Shown one piece after another: positions 52,091 to 64,000 of a DNA stretch of 64,000 nt. Position 1 is the stretch's first letter. Every line of letters begins with the position of its first letter. The notes beneath the pieces were generated by a model. It saw only the letters and a program-made list of their open reading frames with translations, was not told the DNA's origin and searched no databases. Source of the stretch: Octopus vulgaris (Eukaryota); the NCBI GenBank assembly GCA_951406725.2, contig OX597817.1, forward strand, positions 64,666,001-64,730,000. The letters are read 5' to 3'. The position numbers and the translations under genes are program-made.

Positions 52091-53014
52091 GTAGGTATGG
52101 ATTGAGTTCAGTTTCAGATTATGTACTAACCTAAGAATCTAATGATGTTCACATTATTTATTTTTATATTGACTTTAATTCAGCTTATCTTCTTTTTCTT
52201 TTTCTCACTCTCAATTTCATCTTTCTCAATTCAACTCTGATTATTCCAAATGTGCCTTGGTTTAATTTCTGCTTAAACTATTATTTGTCATAACTTATCA
52301 TTTATTTTGGGTGGTGGCAATGATTATGTCACAGTGGTGAAAGGTTGCAATAGTTGATTAGTCAGATGTAATGCCTTCTGTTTTTAGTTTCACCCCTTCC
52401 CATTCTGAGTTTAAATCCCACTGGAGCAGATTTCTTTCCTACTTTCAGTCAATAAAATAAGTATCAATGTCATACAGAGGTTGATTGTTCAATTTGCTAT
52501 GTCCATTCCTGAAATTTGGAGCCTTGTCTCAATATAAGAAGCCATACCTGAATGTTACACTATTGTAAACATATATAAACTTATAGATCTATGCAAACCT
52601 ATGTAGTAATATGAACTTTATATGTACATACATATAAATGATATGTAAATCAACTGAAGCAATGCACTCATGTTCGTAATATACAGAAGCACGGGTTTAA
52701 CCAAATATGTATATAAAGTGGCAGTAATACAGCTAAAGTAATGAAAATATATAAAGAATAAAACACAGACAGATGAATGTGAAGATAATGAACATTATAT
52801 GTATGTACATTATACATGTATAAGAAGTAAAAGAAAGATGTTTGTAAAATGAGTCAATCTTCTGTTTATCTCACATGCTAGTATATAGATATTGTGAGGT
52901 GAGTATAGGGATATAACAGAGTATGGCATGTTCTGATTTATAATCAGATTTTAGTAATCTATGAATGGCTGTATCCAATATAATAGTCATTTACTATAAG
53001 TTCTCATGAAGGAG

Positions 53015-53111
53015 AAGCATGAGAGAGTATTTGTCCTTTCATTCTTCTGAGTGGTCAACAAACCACAACCACTCAGAATTATGATGAGGATGCAAATACT
53101 CTTTCATGCTT
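53015..53111. repeat. ~97-nt hairpin in an RFX intron
   Basis: AAGCATGAGAGAGTATTTG/CAAATACTCTTTCATGCTT and TTCTGAGTGGT/ACCACTCAGAA arms around a 12-nt loop. Confidence 0.75.
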
Positions 53112-54182
53112 TATTTTTCTGTGTACAAAAAGAAAAACATCTGCTTAAAGTTACCATATTGAAATGTTTATAAACTGTATAGATGCAGGCATAGCTGTTC
53201 AGAAATTCACTTTGCAACCTCGTAGTCTTAGGTTCAGTCTTTTGTATGGCACCTTGAGCAACTGTCTTCTTGGACCAGCTAAGACCATGTCAGAAGCTAA
53301 AGGGCTTCACACTAAATATTAAATAATTCCAGTATTCTCTGTCATTTTTGATTATTTTGTTATTTTTTCAACCGTTCTGATCATTTTGGCCGCCATGGGT
53401 TTTGCAGTAAATCACTAAATCATCCATAACTTTTGTATTATCCTCTCAAATTACACCAAAATCTCAGGCAATAACAAATAATATCGTATTTATTGTCTGT
53501 GAAAATTATATGGTAACTTTGTTAAAAAATTATATCTACTTTTCTGACGAAAACAATGCCATTCTGAACATTTTGGCCGCCACTGTATATAACTCTATTT
53601 AGCTCTATTTAACAAGTGCAAACTTTTGTTCTGTATAGGAGATTCATTTCCTTCTTTATTTATATATATATATACACATATTCTTTCACTTCCCCCAAAA
53701 TGGTATTCACCACCAACCATACATCTACCTCAATCTCCATCTCTAATCATCTGTCACACTCTCACAAACTTAGCTAGCCGCCCTTTCCGTTCCTCTATGC
53801 TTGTTCTCTCTCTTATATTCATGTTGTACCTTGAAGGTACACCTTTATCATCCATCTCTCTCTCTTCGTCCCTATCCCCAACTGGGGAATCTATGTGTAT
53901 CTTCTTCAGCAAGACACCTGTTCCTGTCTCTCATATATTCACATCCTTCAATACTAAACCTCATTCAGTTGAGGGATTTTGTCTTGTAAGTTACTTGTTG
54001 ATCTCACTAGTGCTGGTGTCATGAAAATAACAATCAGTACTACACTGTGTAAAGTGGTTGGCAATAGGAAGGCATCTAGCTGTAGAAATCATGTCAAAAC
54101 AGACTGGAGCTCAGCACAGTCCTCTGACTCATCGGTTCCTGTCAAACTGTTCAGCCATGCCAGTATAGAAAATGGACATTAA

Positions 54183-54396
54183 CCTTTTAGATACCAACCC
54201 ACCAGAAACTGCCCTTGGTCCTATGATACAAACTTCCCATTTTAAAGTAACCTACATTAAAATTTCATGTTAATTTATGTTCCAAACCCCAGCTGAATAA
54301 TGTCAGAGTTATTTTAATAATTTTTTATTTTTTTTATTTTCAAAATTAATTGAAAAAAAGGCAGTGTATTTCAACAGAAATATGGTAATGAAAGGG
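54183..54396. mobile_element. piggyBac-type MITE nested in a SINE tail (related copies ~40600-40802 and ~48100-48270)
   Basis: TTAA-CCTTTTAGATACC...GGTAATGAAAGGG-TTAA splits the repeat tail GGACATTAA|ATGATGATG. Confidence 0.8.
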
Positions 54397-54878
54397 TTAA
54401 ATGATGATGATCATGTACATGCATGTTTATGCTTGGGAGTATGGGTGTGTGGATATTACAACAAAGTCTACTATTGCTGCCTCCTCTGTGATGTGATACC
54501 TTCTCATTTTCTGTCACTCTTCTCTCTATCATTCAGCTCTCTATCATTCCCCATTCATTAGTAGAGGACCCATCTACTTCCTATTCCCCTTCCACCAACC
54601 TCACCACTTGACTTCTCCTGCCCATCTTGGGGTCTCTGTTAAGGGACTACACCAGATCTATTGTGCCCAGCACACTGCCTACATCTTCCCTCCTGGGCTG
54701 CCATTATCTCCTTGTTCACTCGCTCCCATCATACTGTTATTCTCTTTTTTTCACACATTCTAGCTCTTCCTTTTTCATCACTCTGTTTCCTTGGCCATGT
54801 TGCCTTCTATCACTGCTCTTTTGTTTTGATCACATTTACCTTGAATGTATGTACATATCTCAGACACTCACCTCTCCG

Positions 54879-55444
54879 CAAGGGGGTACCTAAAAGTAAC
54901 TGGAAATTTTCCCTGTGGGACAACCCATTGTAGTTCAGGCTTCTGCTGCTAGAAGCCTCTTGATGCGACCCTCAGGCATCAGTCTGCTGACTGGCAGCGT
55001 CATCTGAATTCGTACTGCTACATGGTGCATCTTTGTTTTTCTGTGCTTCTCCCCTGTTTATCAATTTTTGCAATGGTTGAATTGCTTCCATGAAATTCTG
55101 TTTTCTGCTGGGAAAAACAGTGGTCATGTTTCAAACAGCTTACAAGGATGCTGCCATGAGCAAAACACAAGTTCATGAGTGGTTCCCATGCTTTAGGAAT
55201 AGTCACTTGTGGCTTGAAGACCAATTTCATTCAGGACAACCATCGATCACCTAAACAAATGGAAGCATGAAAATTCATGAACTGAATTTGGAGGACTGTC
55301 AATGAACAATTAACAAACTTATTGATATAACTGGTGTGTCCTGGAGCTCCTGTCAATGAATTCTGAGTGAGGAAGTGTAAGCATGTAAAACTAAGTGAAT
55401 AAAATCATGTTGCAAAATTCCGGTTTCTTTTGGGTACCCCCTTG
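54879..55444 (+). mobile_element. Internally deleted mariner element
   Basis: TIRs CAAGGGGGTACCTAAAAGTAACTGGAA / TTCCGGTTTCTTTTGGGTACCCCCTTG-TA. HTH remnant FCFLLGK..MFQTAYKDAAMSKTQVHEWF..F. Confidence 0.8.
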
Positions 55445-56352
55445 TATAATACATTGTTCTTATTACTCATCTCTATGAGTCGTGCTTTTATTACCTATGC
55501 CTCACACTCTATTAAGTGGTTAGTTGATAAGTGAGTAGAGGTGTGGGTTGAGAGCACTAATCTTTGAGGCTCTCTAGCATTGGTGCCATATGAAAATGCA
55601 TCCAGTATACTCTGTAAAGTGTGAGGTTGAGAGGATCTTTTAGTCTTGTCAAGGATATGGCAACCTGTCTACTGCTGGTACCATAAAAATTACACCCACT
55701 ACACTCTGCAAAGTGGTTGGTGTTAAAAAGAGGATTTAGGTATAGAAGTGAAAGCCAAAAATAAAATGCATGAAATGTGGTCCATATTCAGCAGTACAGT
55801 CTTGGTGAACAATATCTCTGAATATATACTGACTCATGTTAATATATTTCCCCTAGTCCTTCATTGTCTGAAGGATTAGAAGAAATAGTACATTGTGTGG
55901 TGACAAAAACATTCAGTTGTCAGAACAAAAGAAAGTGATGTAAAAATGATGATGATATATGTACACTTTCATTGATTTTGGTCATTGACTTTTTAGGACA
56001 GCAATGGAAATTAATTTACTATCTCTGCTTATCATCATGGATAAGTTATCTTTTGATATAAAGAGACAACTGCACATTATTTTACACCACTATACACATA
56101 TACACATGCATTCCCACACATATATGTATATCAGCTCCACTCCAGTTGATCCTATCCTTTCTGCTATAATGTGAGATGTAGTTCCCCTACAACAAGAAAT
56201 TTGTTCGGTTTTGACCCCTTCTCTCATATTTTAGCCCTTCATTTCATAGCATCTTGCCCCCCCCCTCTCTCTTAGCTCAACTCAATAAACAGCAATCTTA
56301 GTCTTACAACTTGCATGGTGACCTCACTAGCACTATACATTCTATGAAGTTG

Positions 56353-57135
56353 TTGGCATTAGGAAGAGCATCTATCATTGTTGAATATATTGTCAATGAC
56401 ATAAGGAGTCAGACATAGCTGTATGATTTTGGACTGCTGCCATACAATAGTAGTGCCATTCAAAGGCTTAGTCATTCATATTAATCCCAATGTTTATTTC
56501 AGTCTGTTACTTATTTTATTGAATTCTATTTGTTGAACTGTGAGGTTACAAGACATGAACAGCAATGTAAACATACAATGACAGAATTCACACACATAGG
56601 CATCAGGATTCTAAAGCAGACATTGGAGCACAATGCAATCCATTGAATTCTGTCATGGCAGCATGAGATGTGGATATTTAAAAAAATGATAGAGGTGGTG
56701 ACAGTGGCAGCAGTATGTGTGCGTGTGTATGCAGGATGTTTGGGTTAAATTTGATAGTTTGCTAACAAGGTAAAGCGATACATCATCCCATCCAGAAATA
56801 AAAGTATTTAGAAAAATCAAAAAATATCAACTAGATTATGGTTGGGAGATAACAGTTTACCCATAGTAGCTGCTCTCAGCTTCCACAACAACCTTAAGAA
56901 TGCTCTTGAATCTGGTGCATACATTCCTCACTGTCCCTAGGAAGATCTGCAAACACCTCTTTAATCTTGGCCACCAGTTTGGTCTTGCTGTTGCAGGCAA
57001 AGTGGTTGGTGTCTTTCTCATCCATGCCCTACTGTTATTGTATGGCAGCAGTCCAGAATCATACAGCTATGTGTGACTCCTAATATCTTTGACAATATAT
57101 TCAACACTGATGAAATAGTTATTGCCTAATGCTAA
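56353..57135. repeat. Intronic inverted repeat with ~80-100-bp arms (56353-56453 / 57029-57135)
   Basis: TGTTGAATATATTGTCAA...GGAGTCA.ACATAGCTGTATGATT.TGGACTGCTGCCATACAATA versus its reverse complement. Confidence 0.85.
56780..57028 (-). mobile_element. Tc1/mariner (DD37D/maT-like) 3' fragment
   Basis: Minus strand reads EKDTNHFACNSKTKLVAKIKEVFADLPRD. Confidence 0.5.
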
Positions 57136-57447
57136 TCAAAGCTCGGTTTATGAATGTCTCTCTCTTGATTTTCAAATTGTTTGCTAGACTATGGTTCAAA
57201 TCCTTCTAAATTCTTCATTTTCACTTTCAACTCCTCACATGTTGAGAGAATTAAATCAAAACTTATGTCATAATTTGCTACTTTAAATTTCTAGGTCACT
57301 AGTGATCAACTAACTACTCTTGTACTCTTCGCTCTTCTTGATTAGAAGTGTCTTTCACTAACATAAAAATGTGATATGGCTCTGATAATGTTTTAATGTT
57401 GTCTATAACTTACATCAACATTTTTTTTTTAATCTTCCTAAACAAAG

Positions 57448-57724
57448 AATACTGCAAAGTCACCTGTGGTCACTCAGGCACAAGTTGTTCAGCAGCAGCA
57501 GCAGCAACAACTTCAGCAGCAGCAACAACAGCAACAACAACAGCAGCAACCACAGCAGCCTCAACCAAACCAAGTACAAGCTCCACAACAACAAGCTCCT
57601 GTTCAACAGCTGACACAACAACCTCAGACTAGTGCTGTGAATGCTGGACCAATTCCAAAAGTTCAAGTGTCACAAGCCACCATTCTTCAACCTGCACACA
57701 CGGGGCATTCTTATATAGTTGCCA
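57448..57724 (+). CDS. RFX1/2/3: RFX1/2/3-family transcription factor, glutamine-rich coding exon (NTAKSPVVTQAQVVQQQ...HTGHSYIVA)
   Basis: T-tract + AAAG acceptor, open frame matching ORF 57466-57765, A|GTAAGT donor after 57724. Phase 0 in and phase 1 out match both neighbouring exons. Mixed CAG/CAA poly-Q; YIV motif as in RFX1 (QQYIVVTV). Confidence 0.8.
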
Positions 57725-60700
57725 GTAAGTTAATAATAAATTTTGTCTTACATATGTGGTCATAAATTTTTCCTCTTCAGTACCATTGTTTGAACATTTG
57801 AAATTTATCCACCTTTCCAAGTTGGCCTATATGGAATAGTCTTTAAAGATTTCAATTTTATGCATGAATTTTTGAAGCAATAGGTTTCATTTGCTTTAAG
57901 ATCCTTGGTAGAAATTTTCAGTATGTGTGTCAAGTCTGAGACCCATTGAGACTTCAAACATTATTGGTGTCCTCCTATTGGATATTGATTTGTTATTATC
58001 TTAAACCTAAGCCTTGCAACAAAACTGATTCCAATTATCATAAATAATGTTTACTTTTTGTGTGCAATAATAAGCTGGACAACTGCAGTTCATCATCTCA
58101 GTATAATATCTTCTTAATTCTTATCATTTTATATGTGTTGACTATCATAATCAACTATTTTCATGATTATTTTGACCTACCAATATCATAGATACATTCC
58201 CGCATTGGCTCATTGTACTGCTTATCAGGTATTGTAAGTCAAATGTTACTGGTGGTGATGGCAGCAATTTAGTGTAAAGTTAAATTCAAGATTAGGGAAG
58301 TAATACATTGTTTTCAACAGGAGACATACACGGGACCCAATAATCAGGATTCTGACAGCTTTTCTAGTTATTGATTTGTGTAATTTCTTAAGGCATAAAG
58401 CATTTGAGCATAAAAATAGTAATTGAATCGTGCTTTCCTCCAGAAAATCGACCTAATAAGAAAGATAAATCAGATTGATATTTGCAACAAAGATACCCTT
58501 AAAGCATTTAGTATCACACAACCTGCCTATGATTCTGCTAGTACTGATATAAAATCATTCAGGTAGGTTGTGTTAGGTTTTGACAAAAATATTTTGTTTC
58601 ATCTAGCATCTTATTAATGTAGAATAGTAAATTGTCTTGAAATTTTAAAGCCTTGTTTGTTCTTGAGTCTTACATGATTTTTATCTCTCAACATTTTGTG
58701 AATTTCTTTATTAATTTATTGTTTTATTCTTATTAACCTCCACCTACCAGGGCTTGCTGAAATAGTTTACTAGGCAAACTAACAGATGCACTGAAATGCA
58801 CTAACTTTGAAATGTTTGTCTTCTAATATAGATCACCATTTTCTAATGCATTTCTGTTTATTTTCATTGTCTTAACAATTCCAGATATTTAAAAAGTTGT
58901 TCTAGTTGAGCTTAATTATATTATATAAAACAGTTGGGACTGCTTTTCACTTATGTCTAAAAAGAATACTGCATTCACAAATCACAACACTCATCAGTCT
59001 AGCTCATTTACACACTCATCACTGGTGCTGCATCTCTCACCATTCAAGTACTATCACAAAACATACTACTGGCGTTGTCACTACACTTAGACCATTAGTG
59101 ATGAGCATGTACAAATGACACACACACACCATTCTAGTGCTGTCGCAAATCCTACCACACTGTGGCTATAACAACATTCACCATTCTGTTGCTTGTCACA
59201 AATATCTATCAGACAATTATTTCTATTACAGTGCTAATATAATAATATTAGTAATAATTTCTTTTGACTGTATGAATAGCAGTTTTTTGTTGTGGTTAGT
59301 GTAGTCCATTGTATCAACTTCTGTATAGAAATTGTAGAATACTGAATTAGAAACCTTGCAGTATTTTGTCTTGCACATAAGTTCTACTGGGATCAATTGT
59401 GATAGTTATTGATACAAGGCTGACCATTTTGAATGAGGAGTGTAATCAACTGAACCAGCCTTAAGTCTAGACTTTCTTATCAATACCCCAAAATACTTAA
59501 ATCTTAATCTCCTAATCAGTTACTGATAGTCTACAAAGCACAAGTGCAACTCACATTAAAGTATTACTTATATATCTGAACAGCACTGCTGCTACATACA
59601 CAAAGATCAGTAAGAGACCATCTAGTTGATTATAAAATATTCACTTCAAGCACTAGCTGACTGAGGCTGCTGTAATGGTTTTTTGCTTCTCTGAACTAGC
59701 AAACTGTGTACCACCTTCACTGAAAATCCACCTGATCCATTGAAGCTACTTGACACTTTTCCCAATTATTCCTTCCCCAAACTGTAGTCCACTGTAGCTC
59801 AGTCCTTGCTCAGGTTTTTTTCTTACAGACATCAGCACACATAAGTTCAACCTCCACATCAACCTTATAATCTAACAAAGGTCATGTGTATTTCCCTTCC
59901 TTCTTTGACTATATATTTTTAAATACCTGGCTTGTATTTTTGCTACTGACCCTTTTTTTTTTTTTTTTTTTTTTTACCTTGGTACCTTGGCATGCCCACA
60001 GCCAAATGGCTGGAAACTAGAACTTCTCAAATTAAAATTCTACCTGTTACTCTTTCTGCTTTCCTTCTCACTGTCACTCAGTATTTTTAGCATCTCTGTA
60101 TGATAATACAGGTTGATTTTTGAATATTTGCATGGGTTGCTGTTACCTCATAGCTGGATAGCCTTGTGGTTTACAAGTTTGTTGTGGAATATGTAGAGTG
60201 AACAGGGAATTGCTGAATGTCATGTATCTGTAGATAATACTGCAAACCCAGTCATTGACAGGGTTTGTTTGAACTTAGAATTTTGTTGTTAGTAGTGTAA
60301 TGTTTTTATTACTTACTGACTATAGTTGGTATATTGTGTGTGTGCATATATGATGATGATGATGATATATATATACATACATACATACATACATATGCAC
60401 AGTTCAGATTGTACTAATTTGGCAAGTGGCCTGCTCTGAGATTGTGTGATGAAACTGAAGCAATTATCTCATGAAAGGGGCAAGGCTAGAGCCTTCTAAA
60501 ACACAAAGAAAAAATTGTTATTTTCACCTTTTGAAATAAATGGATAGTGAATGTAACAGGCTTTGTGCATTATTAGATGGCTATAATGGCTCTAAAATGT
60601 AGTTAAGATAGATTTATGCATGTGTGTACCTAACATTTTAAGCAATTGAGTTCTTTTGTAAGAAAATTATCATCATTATACATCTGCTTTCTATGCTAGT

Positions 60701-61884
60701 TAAAGAGTCATCACACCACATGTCCTTATTTGGAACTACTGTCCTCTGATATAAGACAAAAGACTTTGTCTTTATCGTGAGTTCTATGTTAAACATGGTT
60801 TCTACAGTTGGATACCCTGCCTAGCACCAACCATTTTACAGAATGTACTGGGTGTGATAGTAACACTAGAGTGGTTGTCATGCCCTCAGATAAGCTAAAG
60901 GGTCCTCTCAACACTTGTTATTTGCTATCCACTCTGCAGTGTGTGGTGGGTGTATTTTATTGTGGCGCTAGCATGGCTGTCTTTTGCCCCCCACATAGTT
61001 GAGAGAGACCTTACAGCATCTCCATTTGCATGAGAGGATATATGGGAGAAAGAATGAATGATAGAAGTATGTCATTGAATCTCTTCCACAATAACAAATT
61101 AGCTACTGCTAGTTTAGAAGAAAGATTACATGATAGGTAGTTATTGAAATGAGCGATGATGGGTGATTGGTAGTACGGAAAAGCATCATAGTAGAGTGTA
61201 TTGATTACATGCAAATTCAATGCATCTGTTTTTCATAGGCATCTATCTTAGTGATAGAGATGACGGTGAGTGACTGGATTCAGACAAGTGCCATCGCTTG
61301 TTACTTGGGTAGCATTATATAGTTAAATAGTGGGGAGATGAGAGCTATAGGTGTAAGGATATCAGAGTCAGAATAACTTTTAAATAATTTTTAATTTTTG
61401 TATTCTGCTACAGTAAACCTCTTTTGAGTTGGTCAACTCTTTTACCCACAAATTTAATGCATTTCCAATCTAATGGTCTAATTACTGGAATTTTTTTGGA
61501 TAGAAATGTTTTTAGCAAGTACAAATGTGTTTGCTGGTCTTTTCTTATTTAGCATGCTTTGAGTGACATTTAGTAGTTAAAATTTTTTAAATGTTCCTAC
61601 TTTTCACCTATTCTACTATATCAATTACATAAGTTGTCTTTTTTTTTTTATCAATCTATTTATTTCCATTGTTTAAGAAAACTTTTTCTTTGAAGCATAT
61701 ATCTAAATTCCTTCAAAGAAATATTAAACCGACCTTCTGTGCAAGATTCCTTTCTTTTTCTTCTTTCATTTTCAATAATATTCTAGTTTGAAACTTATTG
61801 CAACATTTAAAATAGAAGTAAATTATTACATTTCCACTGTTCTCTTTGTTAGAATGTTTTTCCCCCATCTTTTGTTTGTTTCAG

Positions 61885-62023
61885 CCTCAGTTCCCGAGTC
61901 AACTGCTGAGCAGGTCCATGAACAGGCATCCATCCAGCAACCTGGTCAAACAGTGTATTCTGCACATGTCCAGTACGTAGAAGCCAATGACCAAGCTATC
62001 TACTCAGCTGCCAATGGCCAAAT
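61885..62023 (+). CDS. RFX1/2/3: RFX1/2/3-family transcription factor exon with the RFX1 transactivation-region motif (TSVPESTAEQVHEQASIQQPGQTVYSAHVQYVEANDQAIYSAANGQ); gene continues beyond the window
   Basis: TTTGTTTGTTTCAG acceptor, phase 1 join (A+CC=Thr), GT donor at 62024. VYSAHVQYVE...Y...NG matches the RFX1/2/3 motif VY(S/P)(S/A)QVQYVEG.D..Y.NG. Confidence 0.85.
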
Positions 62024-64000
62024 GTACGACTGAATTGTTGATGAATTTAGATGTGAATTTGTTGGCTAAAACTATTTGGCTTGCATGCATCTGTTAGTTG
62101 TTTTGTTTTGTTTTTTTCCTCCTGCTTTTGTTGGTAATTTGCTATTTGCTTTTGCTACTTAGGCTTAAATTTGGGCATGAAGCAAATAATTACTTACTTC
62201 ATATGCCTTTATTTAACAGCTCTTAGGCCATCCTAACTATGTTTTACTCTACAGTTAGAAGTGGATGTATTTGTCAAGTTAGATCTTTTTCTTCAATATA
62301 CAAAATTTTCTGCTAGTTTAAAACTATAAGTTGAAAGCTTTATGTGTATTAATTTGTTAATTGTAGGTAATTAAGAAAACTCCAGATTTCAAATGCAGGT
62401 TTTAGTTTGACTAGTTTTTTCTTTACATATCAGTTGTTAAATTGTTACCAGGATTTTGGAAGACTCTGTTTTTTTAAAATAATATTTGTGGATATAACCA
62501 TTTAAATTAAATGGTTAATATTTAATATCAATTAAGCAAGGACTCTGGATAATAAAATCAGTAGAGTAAAAATGCTTGTGGAAATTTAGTTACTGGTCTG
62601 TATGTTCTGAATTTAAGTACCACTACCTTTTTATTTTTCTCATGTTGATAAAATATGAAGGTTAATTAAATTGCCTGTACTTTTACTCAAAATCTGTGGC
62701 TTTATGTCAGTACAGGAAATTAGTACTAATTTAACATTATTAGTGAGGATCATTTGTCGAGTTTTATGTTTAAATATAATCCATTTTAATATTTTTTAAT
62801 ATTAAGCTATATATTTATCACAATTAAATTATTGATAATTTAAATTTAGTTTGAGGTAAATTAGCGTTTTGTTTAATCTTCCTTGTACTTAATTTGCTTT
62901 TATTCTTCAGCTATTTAAGATGGTTGTGGGTTTAAACACTTATAAATACTCCTTAAAATATGCATTTCATTCACAGAGAAAAATATTTTAAAATAATAAT
63001 TAGTATATAATCTGAAGTATACTGATTAGTTGGTGGAAAACCATTGAAAATAATCCAATAATCAGTTCAGTATGGCACAATGGTCTATGAATCTAGTGCA
63101 TTATATTTGAAATCCCAATGTACATTTCTTCATCAGTGATAATGATATATTTTTCCTCAATACCTTCCTATTTAATATACTGTGAGCAATATTCATATAC
63201 ACTAATGATGCTGATATGTTAGCTTCTTCACCAAGCAAAAATACTTTTAGGTTTGAATATAAAACTGTAGGAAATGTTTTCTGTTTCACTATCTTCAACT
63301 TACTTCACATACAAAATGTATAAAAGAAACACAGAATGAGCAATCTGTATATATATATATAGAAAGAGGTGGGGATTAGATTTGGTTAGGATTAGAGAAT
63401 ATATAAGATGTTACATTAGATATATTGTCAAATTGTTATATACAATGCCTTGTATTGTTTACACTAAATTCTTTAATCTATGATACATAAGAAGCATTTC
63501 ATAACAATGAATAAAAGCTATACTCAATTGTAAAATATTTGGTTGGTTACAAGGTGTTTAGAAGTAAACTTTTATTTTGAGAATATTAATCTCATTTAAA
63601 CAACAAAAAGATTAAAAACCTGTGGAATATTTTCTTTTTTTCGTTTTTTTTTTTTTATTTACTTATAGTTTTATATCAAATTATTATTACTTTAAACATG
63701 TGTCCTCAGTTTTTAGTTTAATTATTATCTGTTATATTTTTATAAGTTTAGATACTTTGGTTATCAATTCTGTTTGTTTTACTCTGGATTAGAGTTTTAA
63801 ATTATTTTTTAATGGCCAAATGAAATACATGGTAGCACATGGTTAGTCTCTGCTGTGTGCTCTCTGTGAAAGTCATGTTCTGGCAATAATGTTAATACAT
63901 TTTGAAAAACAAAAAGAAAAAAGTTGTAATTGTCATTTACTGATGCTTTTGTAAATGTATAATTATCACTACTCATAATTGTAAGCTGTTAGAGGCAGAA

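Noticed and set aside
57396-57666. Poly-A/T ORF (57396 +) and poly-L ORF (57460 -)
   Set aside because: Alternative frames of the RFX poly-Q exon; only the Q frame is phase-compatible with the flanking exons.

Overview
AT-rich eukaryotic genomic DNA dense in microsatellites and transposons. The SINE and MITE families look like those of octopus/coleoid cephalopods (inference). The only host protein-coding gene I can support is the 5' part of an RFX1/2/3-type (Rfx/daf-19 group) transcription factor on the + strand. Three phase-compatible coding exons (52031-52090, 57448-57724 poly-Q, 61885-62023) are visible; the DNA-binding domain must lie beyond the window. A broad CpG-rich promoter zone (~18.1-25.2 kb) carries several X-box (RFX-binding) motifs, a duplicated YY1-containing module and back-to-back splice donors, which suggests an autoregulated bidirectional promoter. 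The rest is decayed CR1, RTE, HERO-like and R4/Dong-like LINEs, Tc1/mariner elements, a hAT (Buster) element, piggyBac-type MITEs, a Helitron and SINEs. The most notable non-coding structure is a Penelope/retrozyme-like tandem-plus-inverted repeat (10426-11315) with an intact type I hammerhead ribozyme. Nearby is a fold-back whose loop resembles a hammerhead with a G3-C8 swapped core. Nearly all ORF-track entries are spurious microsatellite or TE readings.
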